A DNA stretch of 64,000 bases, taken from NCBI GenBank assembly GCA_965249575.1, contig OZ252244.1, positions 527,127 to 591,126 on the forward strand, given 5' to 3'. The position numbers and the translations under genes are program-made. The notes beneath the pieces are model-generated. The model was given only the letters and a program-made list of their open reading frames with translations. It was not told the origin of the DNA and did no database searches. Every line of letters starts with the position of its first letter. Within the stretch, counting starts at the first letter, position 1. Source of the DNA: Gemmatimonadales bacterium (GTDB taxonomy: Bacteria > Gemmatimonadota > Gemmatimonadetes > Gemmatimonadales > GWC2-71-9). Below are positions 9,001 to 18,036 of this stretch, one piece after another.

Positions 9001-11418
9001 TTAGTCGAGCCGCACGTTCTTCATCAATACGTCAAGCCTTGGATCGGAGCGCAGACCGTCAAGCCTCGGATCTACTGCCATATAGCCGATCCACGGAGAG
9101 CGCTCTTCGAGCGCGCGGTCTAACCAACGAAACGCGTCATCCGTCTCACCGAGCGCCACGTAAATCACCGCCGTATGGTACGCGGATACATGCCGCGTTG
9201 CGGACTCCTGCTTTAATCGCTCGAGGATCTTCCTCGCCCGCTCCCCGTCGCCCGCCTTGGCATGGGCATGACCCAGCGAGGCTATGTAGAGTGGGTTGCC
9301 GCCCGATATGTCTATCGCTTGCTGCGCCTCCGAGATCGCCTCCTGATACCGCCCTGTTTGCTCCAATGCCCATCCCAGATGCCAGTGTCCCGGCGCGAAG
9401 CGGGCACCCAGCTCCAGCGCCTTCTCATATTCCTGGATCGCCACCTCGTGCCGGCCCGCGAAGTAGTGACGCAGGCCTACCCAGGTATTGATGATGGGCG
9501 AGAGCGGATCCAACTCGCGCGCCTTCTCCGCCTCCCTGAGCGCTTCCTCGTGCCGCCCCATGGCAGACAGGTAGCCGCCGTACCAGTGGTGCGCAGTCGG
9601 GTACCTCGGGTTGAGCTCGATGGCTCGCCTGTACTCTCGTTCCGCTGCCTCCCAATCATGATCGAATTCGAGGTGAATGTGCGCCAGGGAAGTGTGCGGC
9701 TCCGCGAGCGTCTCGTCGAACTCCAGAGCGTTCATGACTGCCTGTTTGGCCTTCGGGAAGGTCTCTTTCGGAGCCAGCACGCTGTACCAGCCTCGGAAAA
9801 TCCACGTGTCGGCAATTCCGACATGGGCTAAGGCATAACCGGGGTCCAGATCAACCGCCTGTTGAAAGTAGGTGAGCCCGATCTGAATCTCCTTTTCCGT
9901 TCGCTTGTTCCAGAAGTGCCGGCCTCTCAGGTAGAGCCTGTAGGCGTCTAGATTCTCAGTTGGTCTGGCAGTCACAGACCTGAGCTCGCCCCGGAGCAGC
10001 GTAACGCCCAGCCGGTCAATCACCTGGCTGGCAATGTCGGACTGCACCTCGAAGATGTCCTCGATCACACGCTCGTAGGATTCCGACCAGAGCTGTGTGC
10101 CGTCAGCGACGCGGATGAGCTCCGGGCTGATGCGCACTCGGCGGGAGCCGCTTCCGTCGCCACCCCAAAGGACGCGTCCGCCGAGGATATAACCGACGCC
10201 TAGCTCCTCGCCGATCTCGTGAATGCTCTTGTTGGTACCTGCATAGCCGAGCGCGCCTCTGCGCGAGATGACTGAGAGCCCGCTCACCGCACCCAGGCGA
10301 GTGGTAACCTCATCGGTCATGCCGGCAGCGAAGTACACATCCTCGGGAGGGCCCAGATTCTCGAACGGTAAGACGACGATCATCTTCGTTTCGACAACCG
10401 ACTCCTCTCGCGGTTGTCGGACGGCCGCTTCGGGCTCGGGTGTGGTTCGACTGAGCCACAGGCCATACCCCCCCATCCCCAGGATCAGGAGTCCAGCGAT
10501 TCCGGCAGCGAACCATCGTTTCCGGGAGGCCGCTGTCTCGTTAGCTGGCCTTCCCACCAGATTCTTGTCGAGCGTCCCGACCTCCAGCCGACGCTCTAAG
10601 GCGTCAACGAACTCTGAGGCCCTGTCAAATCTGTCTGTCGGAACCCTCGCGAGCGCCTGCTGCACCGCTGCCGCCACGTGGACCGGCACCGTCTCGCGGA
10701 GCTCGGTCAGAACCACCGGTCGTACCGTCAGAATCTTTGCAAGGATTGCTTGCGCAGACGCCCCCGTGTGCGGCGGCTCGCCCGCCAACATCTCGTATAA
10801 CACACAACCCAGCGAATAGATGTCCGAGCGACTCGTCAGGTCCTTCTCCGCCGTCGCCTGCTCGGGACTCATGTACTCCGGCGTCCCCAGCGAAAGCCCA
10901 GTCGCCGTCAATCGCATACCGCCGGCCTCGCTCACCGCGAGGGCGATGCCAAAGTCGGTGACCATCGCCTCACCCTCATGCAGCAGGATGTTCTCGGGTT
11001 TGATGTCGCGATGGATCACAGCCTGGCGATGGGCGTAGTCGAGCGCCGATGCAACCTGACCGGTTACGTGAACTGCGTCGTCAATGGAGAGTTGGCGTTC
11101 ATGACGAAGTCTGTGGCGCAGTGATTCGCCCTCGACCACCGGCATGACGTAGTAGAGGAAACCGTCGGCTTCCCCTGAGTCGAACAGCGGCAGAATATGC
11201 GGGTGCTGGAGGTTGGCGGTGACCTTGATCTCCTGTAGGAACCGGTCGGCACCCAGGACAGCCGCCAGTTCAGGCCGAAGCACTTTGACCGCCACCTTGC
11301 GGTCGTGCTTCAGGTCTTCGGCCAGATAGACCGTCGCCATCCCACCCGCGCCGAGCTCGCGCTCGATGCGGTAGCGGTCGGCTAATGCTGTTTTGAGACG
11401 GTCGAAGACGTCGGACAC
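9001..11418 (-). CDS. Ser/Thr protein kinase with TM segment, periplasmic VVLPFENLG module and C-terminal TPR repeats (kinase e, intact, 805 aa)
   Basis: GTG start. MSDVFDRLKTALADRYRIERELGAGGMATVYLAEDLKHDRKVAVK..VIHRDIKPENILL..DFGIALAVSEAGGMRLTATGLSLGTPEYMSPEQ; a TM segment WFAAGIAGLLILGMGGYGLWL; IVVLPFENLGPPEDVYFAAGMTDE; multiple TPR-like repeats (ALELNPRYPTAHHWYG.., KALELGARFAPGHWHLG..). Confidence 0.92.
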   Translation of the reverse strand: MSDVFDRLKTALADRYRIERELGAGGMATVYLAEDLKHDRKVAVKVLRPELAAVLGADRFLQEIKVTANLQHPHILPLFDSGEADGFLYYVMPVVEGESLRHRLRHERQLSIDDAVHVTGQVASALDYAHRQAVIHRDIKPENILLHEGEAMVTDFGIALAVSEAGGMRLTATGLSLGTPEYMSPEQATAEKDLTSRSDIYSLGCVLYEMLAGEPPHTGASAQAILAKILTVRPVVLTELRETVPVHVAAAVQQALARVPTDRFDRASEFVDALERRLEVGTLDKNLVGRPANETAASRKRWFAAGIAGLLILGMGGYGLWLSRTTPEPEAAVRQPREESVVETKMIVVLPFENLGPPEDVYFAAGMTDEVTTRLGAVSGLSVISRRGALGYAGTNKSIHEIGEELGVGYILGGRVLWGGDGSGSRRVRISPELIRVADGTQLWSESYERVIEDIFEVQSDIASQVIDRLGVTLLRGELRSVTARPTENLDAYRLYLRGRHFWNKRTEKEIQIGLTYFQQAVDLDPGYALAHVGIADTWIFRGWYSVLAPKETFPKAKQAVMNALEFDETLAEPHTSLAHIHLEFDHDWEAAEREYRRAIELNPRYPTAHHWYGGYLSAMGRHEEALREAEKARELDPLSPIINTWVGLRHYFAGRHEVAIQEYEKALELGARFAPGHWHLGWALEQTGRYQEAISEAQQAIDISGGNPLYIASLGHAHAKAGDGERARKILERLKQESATRHVSAYHTAVIYVALGETDDAFRWLDRALEERSPWIGYMAVDPRLDGLRSDPRLDVLMKNVRLD

Positions 11419-11606
11419 AGGGCCACACCGGTTTGTGACCCGATTAGGATACGGTGGAGGGGGTTAGGCGGCCAGGGTGATTGGTGGCTCGTCTGGATCG
11501 CCTCCCTCGGATAAACCCGCGACTCTCGGTCGCGAGCGGGGCCCGAGCGGGAATCCGCCACGCATGACGCTAGTCCGGTACGGCTATTTTCCTACACGCC
11601 ACAATC

Positions 11607-12146
11607 ATGTCCCATGCGTTGCGCCGGTCGGCCGAGGGGAACCAGATTATGGGTATGCCAGCACCGCAGACGATCAACACAATCGAGGAGCTGCTCGCGC
11701 TGCCGGAGGACGGCCTGCGTCACGAGCTGTTGGACGGCAAGCACGTCGTGACACCAGCGCCGTCCGTCGACCATCAGCGGGTGGTTGGACGGCTCTTAAT
11801 GATCCTGACGACGTCGATCGGCTCGGATCATTGTATCGAAGTGCTCTCGAGCCCAGCCGACGTGCACTTGACGCCACGGACCCTCGTTCAACCGGACGTG
11901 TTCATCGTCCGCCGCGACGACGAACGGCTGGCCAGGGAGTGGCGTGAGGTCGGGGTGCCGCTGGTAGCCGTCGAGGTCCTGTCACGCTCCACCGCCGCCC
12001 GGGATCGCGGGACGAAGCGGCGCCTCTATCTCGAGGCGGGCGTCGAGGAATACTGGATCGTCGATCTCGATGCGCGACTCATCGAGCGCTGGCGGCTCGG
12101 GGACGACGGGCCGGAGATCGTCGACGGCGAGATGGATGGGAACTGA
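11607..12146 (+). CDS. Uma2 family (DUF820) putative endonuclease; the C-terminus appears frame-shifted (see findings)
   Basis: ..TIEELLALPEDGLRHELLDGKHVVTPAPSVDHQRVVGRLL..PDVFIVRRDD..VPLVAVEVLSRSTAARDRGTKRRLYLEAGVEEYWIVD. Alternative starts are ATG at 11649 or 11655. The expected family C-terminus (ELSVGVSGFLEVPVLFERL*) is in the -1 frame at 12140-12199. Confidence 0.8.
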   Translation: MSHALRRSAEGNQIMGMPAPQTINTIEELLALPEDGLRHELLDGKHVVTPAPSVDHQRVVGRLLMILTTSIGSDHCIEVLSSPADVHLTPRTLVQPDVFIVRRDDERLAREWREVGVPLVAVEVLSRSTAARDRGTKRRLYLEAGVEEYWIVDLDARLIERWRLGDDGPEIVDGEMDGN

Positions 12147-12405
12147 GCGTTGGGGTGTCGGGATTCCTCGAGGTACCAGTTCTCTTCGAGCGTCTGTAGC
12201 TTCAGCACCCCTCCGTGCTCGGCATTCGCTGAACGCGCCCACCGCTAGCCGTCCGTCCGCCATACTATGCGTCATAGACGTTGCGACAATCCGTAATCGA
12301 TTGACCGCCGACTGCCGCAGTTGGCGCCTGGCGGCAATCCGGCGCTTCCGCCGCGACGTCACCGGATGCACAGCAAGCGATCTACCAACAACACCGGAGG
12401 CCCTC

Positions 12406-12560
12406 ATGCCCGAAATCCAGATCAACTACCTCGCGGTCGGCGCGGCAGCGTTAGCCACGCTCGTTATTGGTGCTGTTTGGTATTCGCCGCTGTTGTTCAG
12501 CAAACTCTGGATGAAGGCCCACGGATACACGGCAGAGGACCTCGAGCAGATGCGACTACT
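12406..12560 (+). pseudogene. DUF1761-like N-terminal stub (~50 codons)
   Basis: GGAGG lies 5 nt upstream of the ATG at 12406. MPEIQINYLAVGAAALATLVIGAVWYSPLLFSKLWMKAHGYTAEDLEQMR matches the start of DUF1761 membrane proteins. After ~12555 the frame turns Arg/Pro-rich and non-hydrophobic (the track ORF 12070-13014 is a composite). Confidence 0.5.
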
Positions 12561-12589
12561 ACCCGCTAGCCAAGTACCGGAACTACTTC

Positions 12590-12898
12590 GTGGCCGATCT
12601 GTGCAAGACGTCGGAGAAGCTCTTCGGTACCGACCGCTTCGAGCGGCTCAATCTGGCGCAACGAACGAGGGTGATGGACCACCGGCAGAAAAGCGGCGGG
12701 GTGACTACGCAGCTCTACAGCGGCGCCATCCTGCTGACCCAAATCACCTGCTATGCCGGGATCTACGACGACGCAAAGGGGTGCCCCCTGATCGACTTCC
12801 CGGGTCGGTACCGCCCCATGCCCCTGTCCGAGACATCCCATCCACAACCAGAGCGGTTCCTCGCGGTGGCGATCACCCGCGACGGCAACCCTTCATGA
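12590..12898 (+). CDS. Hypothetical small protein, possibly the truncated small subunit of a two-subunit FAD dehydrogenase
   Basis: The frame is open from 12515. ..KYRNYFVADLCKTSEKLFGTDRFERLNLAQR..AILLTQITCYAGIYDDAKGCPLIDFPGRY.. The ..G.PLIDFPG ending resembles gluconate 2-dehydrogenase subunit-3-type proteins. There is no Tat or signal N-terminus. The stop lies 12 nt before the GMC gene, and GAGGACGG precedes that ATG. Confidence 0.35.
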   Translation: MADLCKTSEKLFGTDRFERLNLAQRTRVMDHRQKSGGVTTQLYSGAILLTQITCYAGIYDDAKGCPLIDFPGRYRPMPLSETSHPQPERFLAVAITRDGNPS

Positions 12899-12910
12899 GG
12901 ACGGCAATCC

Positions 12911-14381
12911 ATGCGAGTCCTCAAGACCGACGCACTCGTAATCGGCTCCGGGTTCGGGGCCGCGCCCGCCGCCCTCCGCTTGGCGCGAGCCGGCTTCAAA
13001 GTGGTAATCGTTGAAAAAGGGCCCGCCATCGATCCGATGCGGGATTTCCGGCAGACCCAGGATCCGAAGTACCTGCTCAAGTACCTGAAGAGCGAAGCGG
13101 GCGACAACCTCAGCCTCACCTACGCCGAGGCGATAGGAGGCGGATCGGGCTTTTACGAGATGGTTTCGCTCCGCGCGCCATCGCTCGCGTTCGAACAAAC
13201 CGATGTTTTCAAACAACCTCTGTGGCCGGCGGGGCTGGACCGGAAAGTGTTCGACCCGTACTACGACGTCGCGGAGGAGATGCTGCACGTCGAACAGATT
13301 CCGCCCGAGTTGGTTCCGAAGAGCGGGCTGGTGTTCTCCCTCCTCATGAAGAACCTCGGCTATTCGTGCGAGCGCGCCCGATATGCCGTGAAAAACTGCC
13401 TGGGTACCGGATTTTGCGTGACCGGGTGCATCTACGGTGCCAAGCAGTCGCTCCTGTTGAATTACCTTCCGCAAGCCGTCGAGGCGGGGGCGACGGTCGC
13501 GACCGAGTTGGCCGCGGTTTCCATTCGACCCTGCCACCGAACGGTGCGGGAGGGTGTGGTCGACGGCGTTCCCCATCGCTACGAGGTCCAGTGCAAGGCA
13601 TCGGGCGAGAAGGCCGAGGACACGCTGTTTCGGGCCAAGCTGGTGATTCTCGCGGGCGGGACGGTCGGCACGGCAAAGCTCCTGTTGCACTCCCAGGAGC
13701 TACTCCCGTCGCTGAGTCCCCAGGTGGGGAGGAACATCGCGTTCAACAGTGGTGTGAAGCTGGCAGGACTGATACCGCCACACTTCCCGGATGGGGACAT
13801 GTTCTCCGGTCGGTCGCACGCCGGCATGATCAGCTACGAGTTCCTGAAGACCTACGGCGTGACGATCGCGGCCGGGAAACCACTCCCCGTTCAAGCCGTG
13901 GCCGCGGCACGCCTGCGGCTGGACGGCGATGGGCGCGACGGTCCGTACTGGGGAACGCCCAACGTCGACCTCATGAAGCAATACCGCAGGCGCATGATCG
14001 TGCTTGCCGCGTTTGGCCTCACCCCGCCTTCTGGAGTCCTTTCAAAGCGGGGACCCGGCGACTTCAACCTGCAGCTCGAGCTAACCCACGGTCTCAACTC
14101 GTACTACCGCCACACGCTCGGGCTGCTGCGGACGATCTTCTCCCGCAACGGATGCCAGATCGTGAACCCCGAGTTCATCGGCAAGGGCGGCATGCCCCGC
14201 GCCGGCCTTCACTTCTCCACGGCGCATCAGCTGGGGTCGTGCCGCATGGGAGAGTCCAAGCGGACCGGCGTGTGCAATGCCGCCGGCGAAGTGTTCGGAT
14301 ATCACCAGCCTCACCATCCTGGCCAACGCCGAGCGCATCACGCAGGGGATTCTCAGCCGGTACTGGATGCCGCACGCATAA
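12911..14381 (+). pseudogene. GMC-family FAD oxidoreductase (cholesterol-oxidase-like) with a C-terminal internal deletion and frame change
   Basis: MRVLKTDALVIGSGFGAAPAALRLARAGFKVVIVEKG (GxGxxG) .. HQLGSCRMGESKRTGVCNAAGEVFGY. At ~14297-14303 the sequence jumps to another frame, reading ITSLTILANAERITQGILSRYWMPHA* with stop at 14379-14381. The ~19-aa block expected between these two (xNLYVxDGSxxPxxxGxNP) is missing. Confidence 0.75.
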
Positions 14382-14397
14382 GTCCTGAAAGGCCGCA

Positions 14398-14613
14398 TTA
14401 CCGATCCCCCGTCATCCCTACCCGGCGGGCGATCGCCGCATCGAGCCACCGGTCGGGGAGCGCGCGCAACATGACCATCCGGAGACGCGATCGGACTACT
14501 GGAATGCGAGTCGGAGGTCGTTTCGCCGTGAGCGCGAGCAGCACCGCCTGAGCAACCCGTTCCGGGGCGAGCGGGTGGCCGGTCCCATCGTGCCAAGCCA
14601 CTCGCCAGTCCAG
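14398..14613 (-). pseudogene. C-terminal fragment (~70 codons) of a short-chain dehydrogenase/reductase
   Basis: ..HPLAPERVAQAVLLALTAKRPPTRIPVVRSRLRMVMLRALPDRWLDAAIARRVG.. is the typical SDR C-terminal tail. The frame is closed by TGA at 14614-14616. There is no Rossmann N-terminus, and the alpha/beta hydrolase gene starts at 14625 on the other strand. Confidence 0.55.
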
Positions 14614-14624
14614 TCACCCGAACG

Positions 14625-15545
14625 GTGCTGGTACTCGTGCTTCTCGCGTTGCCCCTGCGAGCGGCCACTGCGCAAGAAGACGGCCTCGAGCCCCGATCGA
14701 GGACGTCCCTCCCGATCGCAGCGGGCGAATCTCTCGCGGTTACGATCAGCGGCGACGGGACGCCGGTGGTCCTGCTCCCCGGTCTGTTCGGGTCGGCGTA
14801 TGGCTATCGGCGGCTGACCGCGATCCTCGATACGATGGGCTATCGATCGACGATCATAGAACCGCTGGGTATCGGATCCTCATCGCGGCCCCCTTCGGCG
14901 GACTACTCCCTGACGGCGCAGGCCGACCGCATCGCCGCCGCATTGGACACCCTGGGACTCGGACGTGCCGTATTCGTTGCACACTCGGTCGGCGCGTCCA
15001 TCGCCATGCGGGTGGCATACCGCCATCCGAAACTCGTTCGAGGCATCGTGTCTCTCGAGGGAGGCCCAACCGAGGCCGCGACGACGAAAAACTTTCGCCG
15101 TTTGATCAAGATCGTTCCCATCGCGCAGCGCGCATTCGACACGCGGAGGTTCATGCTGGGGTTGATTTACAGCGAGATGAAGAAGGTCTCGGCGGACGAT
15201 TCGTGGGTGGATGCCACGGTCGTTCAGGGCTACACGGAGGGCCTCACCATCGACTACGATGCTACGCTGAGCGCCTATCAGGGCATGGCGAAGGCCGTGG
15301 AGCCCGAAAGCATCATCGAGAATCTCGCGGCCATCCCCTGCCCCGTGGTCCTGCTGATCGGCGACTTCAAGCACGGTTCGCGTCCACCCCGTGAAGAGAT
15401 CTCCACGCTGGCCAGTCACCTCCGGGCATTCTCCGTCGATACCGTGTCCGGATCCGGCTTCTTCATTCAGGAGGAGCAGCCCTCGGCCGTTGCCACCGCC
15501 GTTGAGGAAATGGCCCGCGGCCCGGGGTGCGGCGACGGAGAATAA
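14625..15545 (+). CDS. Secreted alpha/beta hydrolase
   Basis: GTG start. Signal-like LVLVLLALPLRAATAQE; PVVLLPGLFGSAYGY; nucleophile elbow VFVAHSVGASIA; C-terminal ..PVVLLIGDFKHG... Confidence 0.8.
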   Translation: MLVLVLLALPLRAATAQEDGLEPRSRTSLPIAAGESLAVTISGDGTPVVLLPGLFGSAYGYRRLTAILDTMGYRSTIIEPLGIGSSSRPPSADYSLTAQADRIAAALDTLGLGRAVFVAHSVGASIAMRVAYRHPKLVRGIVSLEGGPTEAATTKNFRRLIKIVPIAQRAFDTRRFMLGLIYSEMKKVSADDSWVDATVVQGYTEGLTIDYDATLSAYQGMAKAVEPESIIENLAAIPCPVVLLIGDFKHGSRPPREEISTLASHLRAFSVDTVSGSGFFIQEEQPSAVATAVEEMARGPGCGDGE

Positions 15546-15624
15546 GGACTCCTTGCGAGCGGGCGGGTTTCGGCATCACTTCTGATCGACCACCAAGCCT
15601 TTTCCTTACCCCGGGACCGACCGC

Positions 15625-18006
15625 ATGCGCCGCTTCGAGACGTTATCCGCGACCGTGGCTGTCATCGCCGCGCTATCAATCATCCCGTCGTCGTTGCCGG
15701 CACAGGGTCAGGACGCCGAGTACGGCCGCCTGATTCGGGAGTACACGTCGGACCCGCACTTCCTTCCGGCGTCGGTGGCACAGGTCCCGGAACATCCGTC
15801 CGTCCCGTCTCCCAAGGATCACTTCGGCACCATCGTCGGCGCTCCAGGGGTCATGCACGGCACCGGTGACTGGTATCATCGCTACTCCAAAAATCGAACA
15901 GAGTGGGAAGACGGATTCCCGCGATCCGGCCCCTACTGGGGGAAGTACGTCTACCACGACAACAATCGGGACGGACTACAGATCACGCAGGAGCTCACCA
16001 AGGCGGTGTACCGCGAGTACTTCCGCTGGCACCCCACAGTGATGCTCGACCTGCACGAGTCGGTGCCACTGCTCTACGTCTCTACTGGCACCGGCCCGTA
16101 CAACGAGAGCATCGACCCCATCACGATCGCTGAATGGCAGCTGCTCGCCAATCACGACGTCACGAGCGTAACGGCACTGGGTCTCCCTGGTGTCTGGACG
16201 TGGGGATTCTACGACGGGTGGTGGCCCGGTTATCTCCTGTGGATCGCGAACAATCACAACGGCATTGGCCGGTTCTACGAGACCTTTGGCAACGCGGGCG
16301 CCAATACATTCGTTCGTGATCTCTCCGAATCCCGTTACGCCGGAGACTCGGTGACGGCTCGCCGCTGGTACCGCCCCTGGCCGCCCACGCGCCGTCTCCG
16401 ATGGTCCGCCCGCGACAACGTGAACTACATGCAGGCGGGCGTCATCGCCTCGTTGGAGCTGGCGGCTACCAATGGAAGGACTCAACAGCGTCGAGCGGGG
16501 TCGAAGCGAAAAGCCGCACGCATTCCTGGTGCCGGCACTCGCTCGGCAGCGCGATCCGAAGCGGACCGCCTATCTGGTCAATCAGCTCCGGCGACACGGG
16601 ATCGAGGTGCATCGCCGCACCGACGGCGACTCCGCCGGCGCGTTCGTCGTGCTGCTGGACCAGCCGTACCGCAACTTCGCCGTCAGCCTCCTCACCAAGC
16701 AGAACTTCCCCGAGGACGCGCCTCATACACCGTACGACGACGTCGCGTGGACTCTGGGATACATGTACGGGGTGAAGGTGAAACCGATCGACGACGTCGG
16801 GGTGTTCGGGTGGGCGGTCGAGCCGGTACAGGACACCGTATCGGTCTCCGCCTCAGTGCGGGGGGGTGGACCGGTTCAGGTGCTTCGATACACAGCCCAG
16901 TCGGAGGTTCTCCCGGCGCTCTTCGAGCTTCAGGCGCAGTCGCCGGAATCGAAGGCGTGGGTCGCCGAAGGGGCGTTTGCGGCCGTGGATGACAGTTTCC
17001 CCGCCGGCTCGGTGATCCTGGAGGACGTTGACGCCGGGACGGCCGAGTCCCTGGCGCGCCGCTTCGCGTTGCCGCTCCGTGCGGTACGGTCCGTGCCGCG
17101 TGTCGATCGGCACGAGCTCGACTTGCCGAGGATCGCGATCTATCACACGTGGGTCAACACGCAGGACGAGGGCTGGGTCCGATTCACCTTCGAGCAGCTG
17201 AGGATCCCGTACACCTCGATTCACAAGGATCACGTGCGGGCGGGAGATCTGAGAAGCCGTTTCGACGTCATCGTAGTCCCCAGCACCGGTGGCGCATCGC
17301 TCGAGACGCTCGTTCACGGTCGCGACAAGCGTTGGAGCCCCCTGCCCTACACGCAGACCGAAGAATTCCCCTCCCACGGTACGCCATCTTCGACCGACGA
17401 CCTGACCGGCGGGCCCGGTTTCGAGGGTATGGCCCAGTTTCAGCGGTTCGTGGAAGAGGGCGGCACCTTGATCACCCTGCACCGCGCGACGCGATTGGCA
17501 GCGGAGGGCGGGCTCGCCCGCGCGCTCACGCCGCTGCCAGCCGGTTCGCTGTTCCACCCGGGATCGGTCGTTAGGGCAGCGGCGCGCCGCCCCAATCATC
17601 CCATTATGTACGGATACCCGGACACGCTGCATGTCTTCCGCGGGAACGGACCGCTGTATCGGGTCGCGCGACGGGATAGGGGCATGATGGTGTTGCAGTA
17701 CGGAACCGAGGCGTTGCCCGACGAGCGGGCCGATGCCAGGCCGGAGGAGATGTTCGGTATCGATCCGGTCGACGTCGCGGTCTCACCCGCCGATACCGGC
17801 ACGACCGACAAGCCCCCCCCTACGTGCTCTCGGGAATGGTCAAGAACTCCAAGGAGATCGTCGGGCAGGGTGCCATCTTCGACGTCCCGGTAGGCAACGG
17901 CCGGGTGATCGCGTTCACCTTCAATCCCCTCCACCGGTTTCTCAATCACCATGAGTTCCCGATGGTCTGGAACGCAATCATGAACTGGAACGATGGGAGG
18001 AGGTGA
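15625..18006 (+). pseudogene. M14 carboxypeptidase-like large secreted protein, in three frames and lacking an HxxE zinc motif
   Basis: Track ORFs 15625-16992, 16472-17893 and 17824-18006 are colinear. Signal MRRFETLSATVAVIAALSII; ..YWGKYVYHDNNRDG..WHPTVMLDLHESVPLLYVSTGTGPYN..; a frame change at ~16465-16475; ..SEKPHAFLVPA..LVNQLRRHGIEVH..; a frame change in the C8 run at 17813-17820; ..YVLSGMVKNSKEIVGQGAIFDVPVGNGRVIAFTFNPLHRFLNHHEF... No HxxE occurs upstream of DNNRD. Confidence 0.65.
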
Positions 18007-18036
18007 CGCGGAGGAGGGAATTGCTCGGCGGGCTCC

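Noticed and set aside
12070-13014. 314-aa plus-strand ORF taken at face value as one gene
   Set aside because: It is a composite. Only codons from 12406 to ~12555 look like a real (DUF1761-type) protein. The rest is an Arg/Pro-rich read-through overlapping better ORFs at 12590-12898 and 12911 onward.
13222-14388. 388-aa alternative-frame ORF inside the GMC oxidoreductase gene, and the 195-aa ORF at 14081-14668 (-)
   Set aside because: The composition is low-complexity Arg/Gly/Pro, while the GxGxxG..HQLGSCRMG frame is clearly the coding one. Only the 14398-14613 part of the minus strand looks like real (SDR-tail) coding sequence.
1-18006. Mobile element or genomic island as the cause of the rearrangements in the left 18 kb
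   Set aside because: I found no transposase, integrase, recombinase, terminal inverted repeats, flanking tRNA or target-site duplications. Recombination between kinase paralogs fits the junctions better.
15625-18006. Calling all frame-broken genes definite pseudogenes
   Set aside because: Each single-base break coincides with a homopolymer, so technical error is a live alternative. They are labelled pseudogene/frame-broken pending read-level verification. Only the large deletions and truncations are treated as firm.
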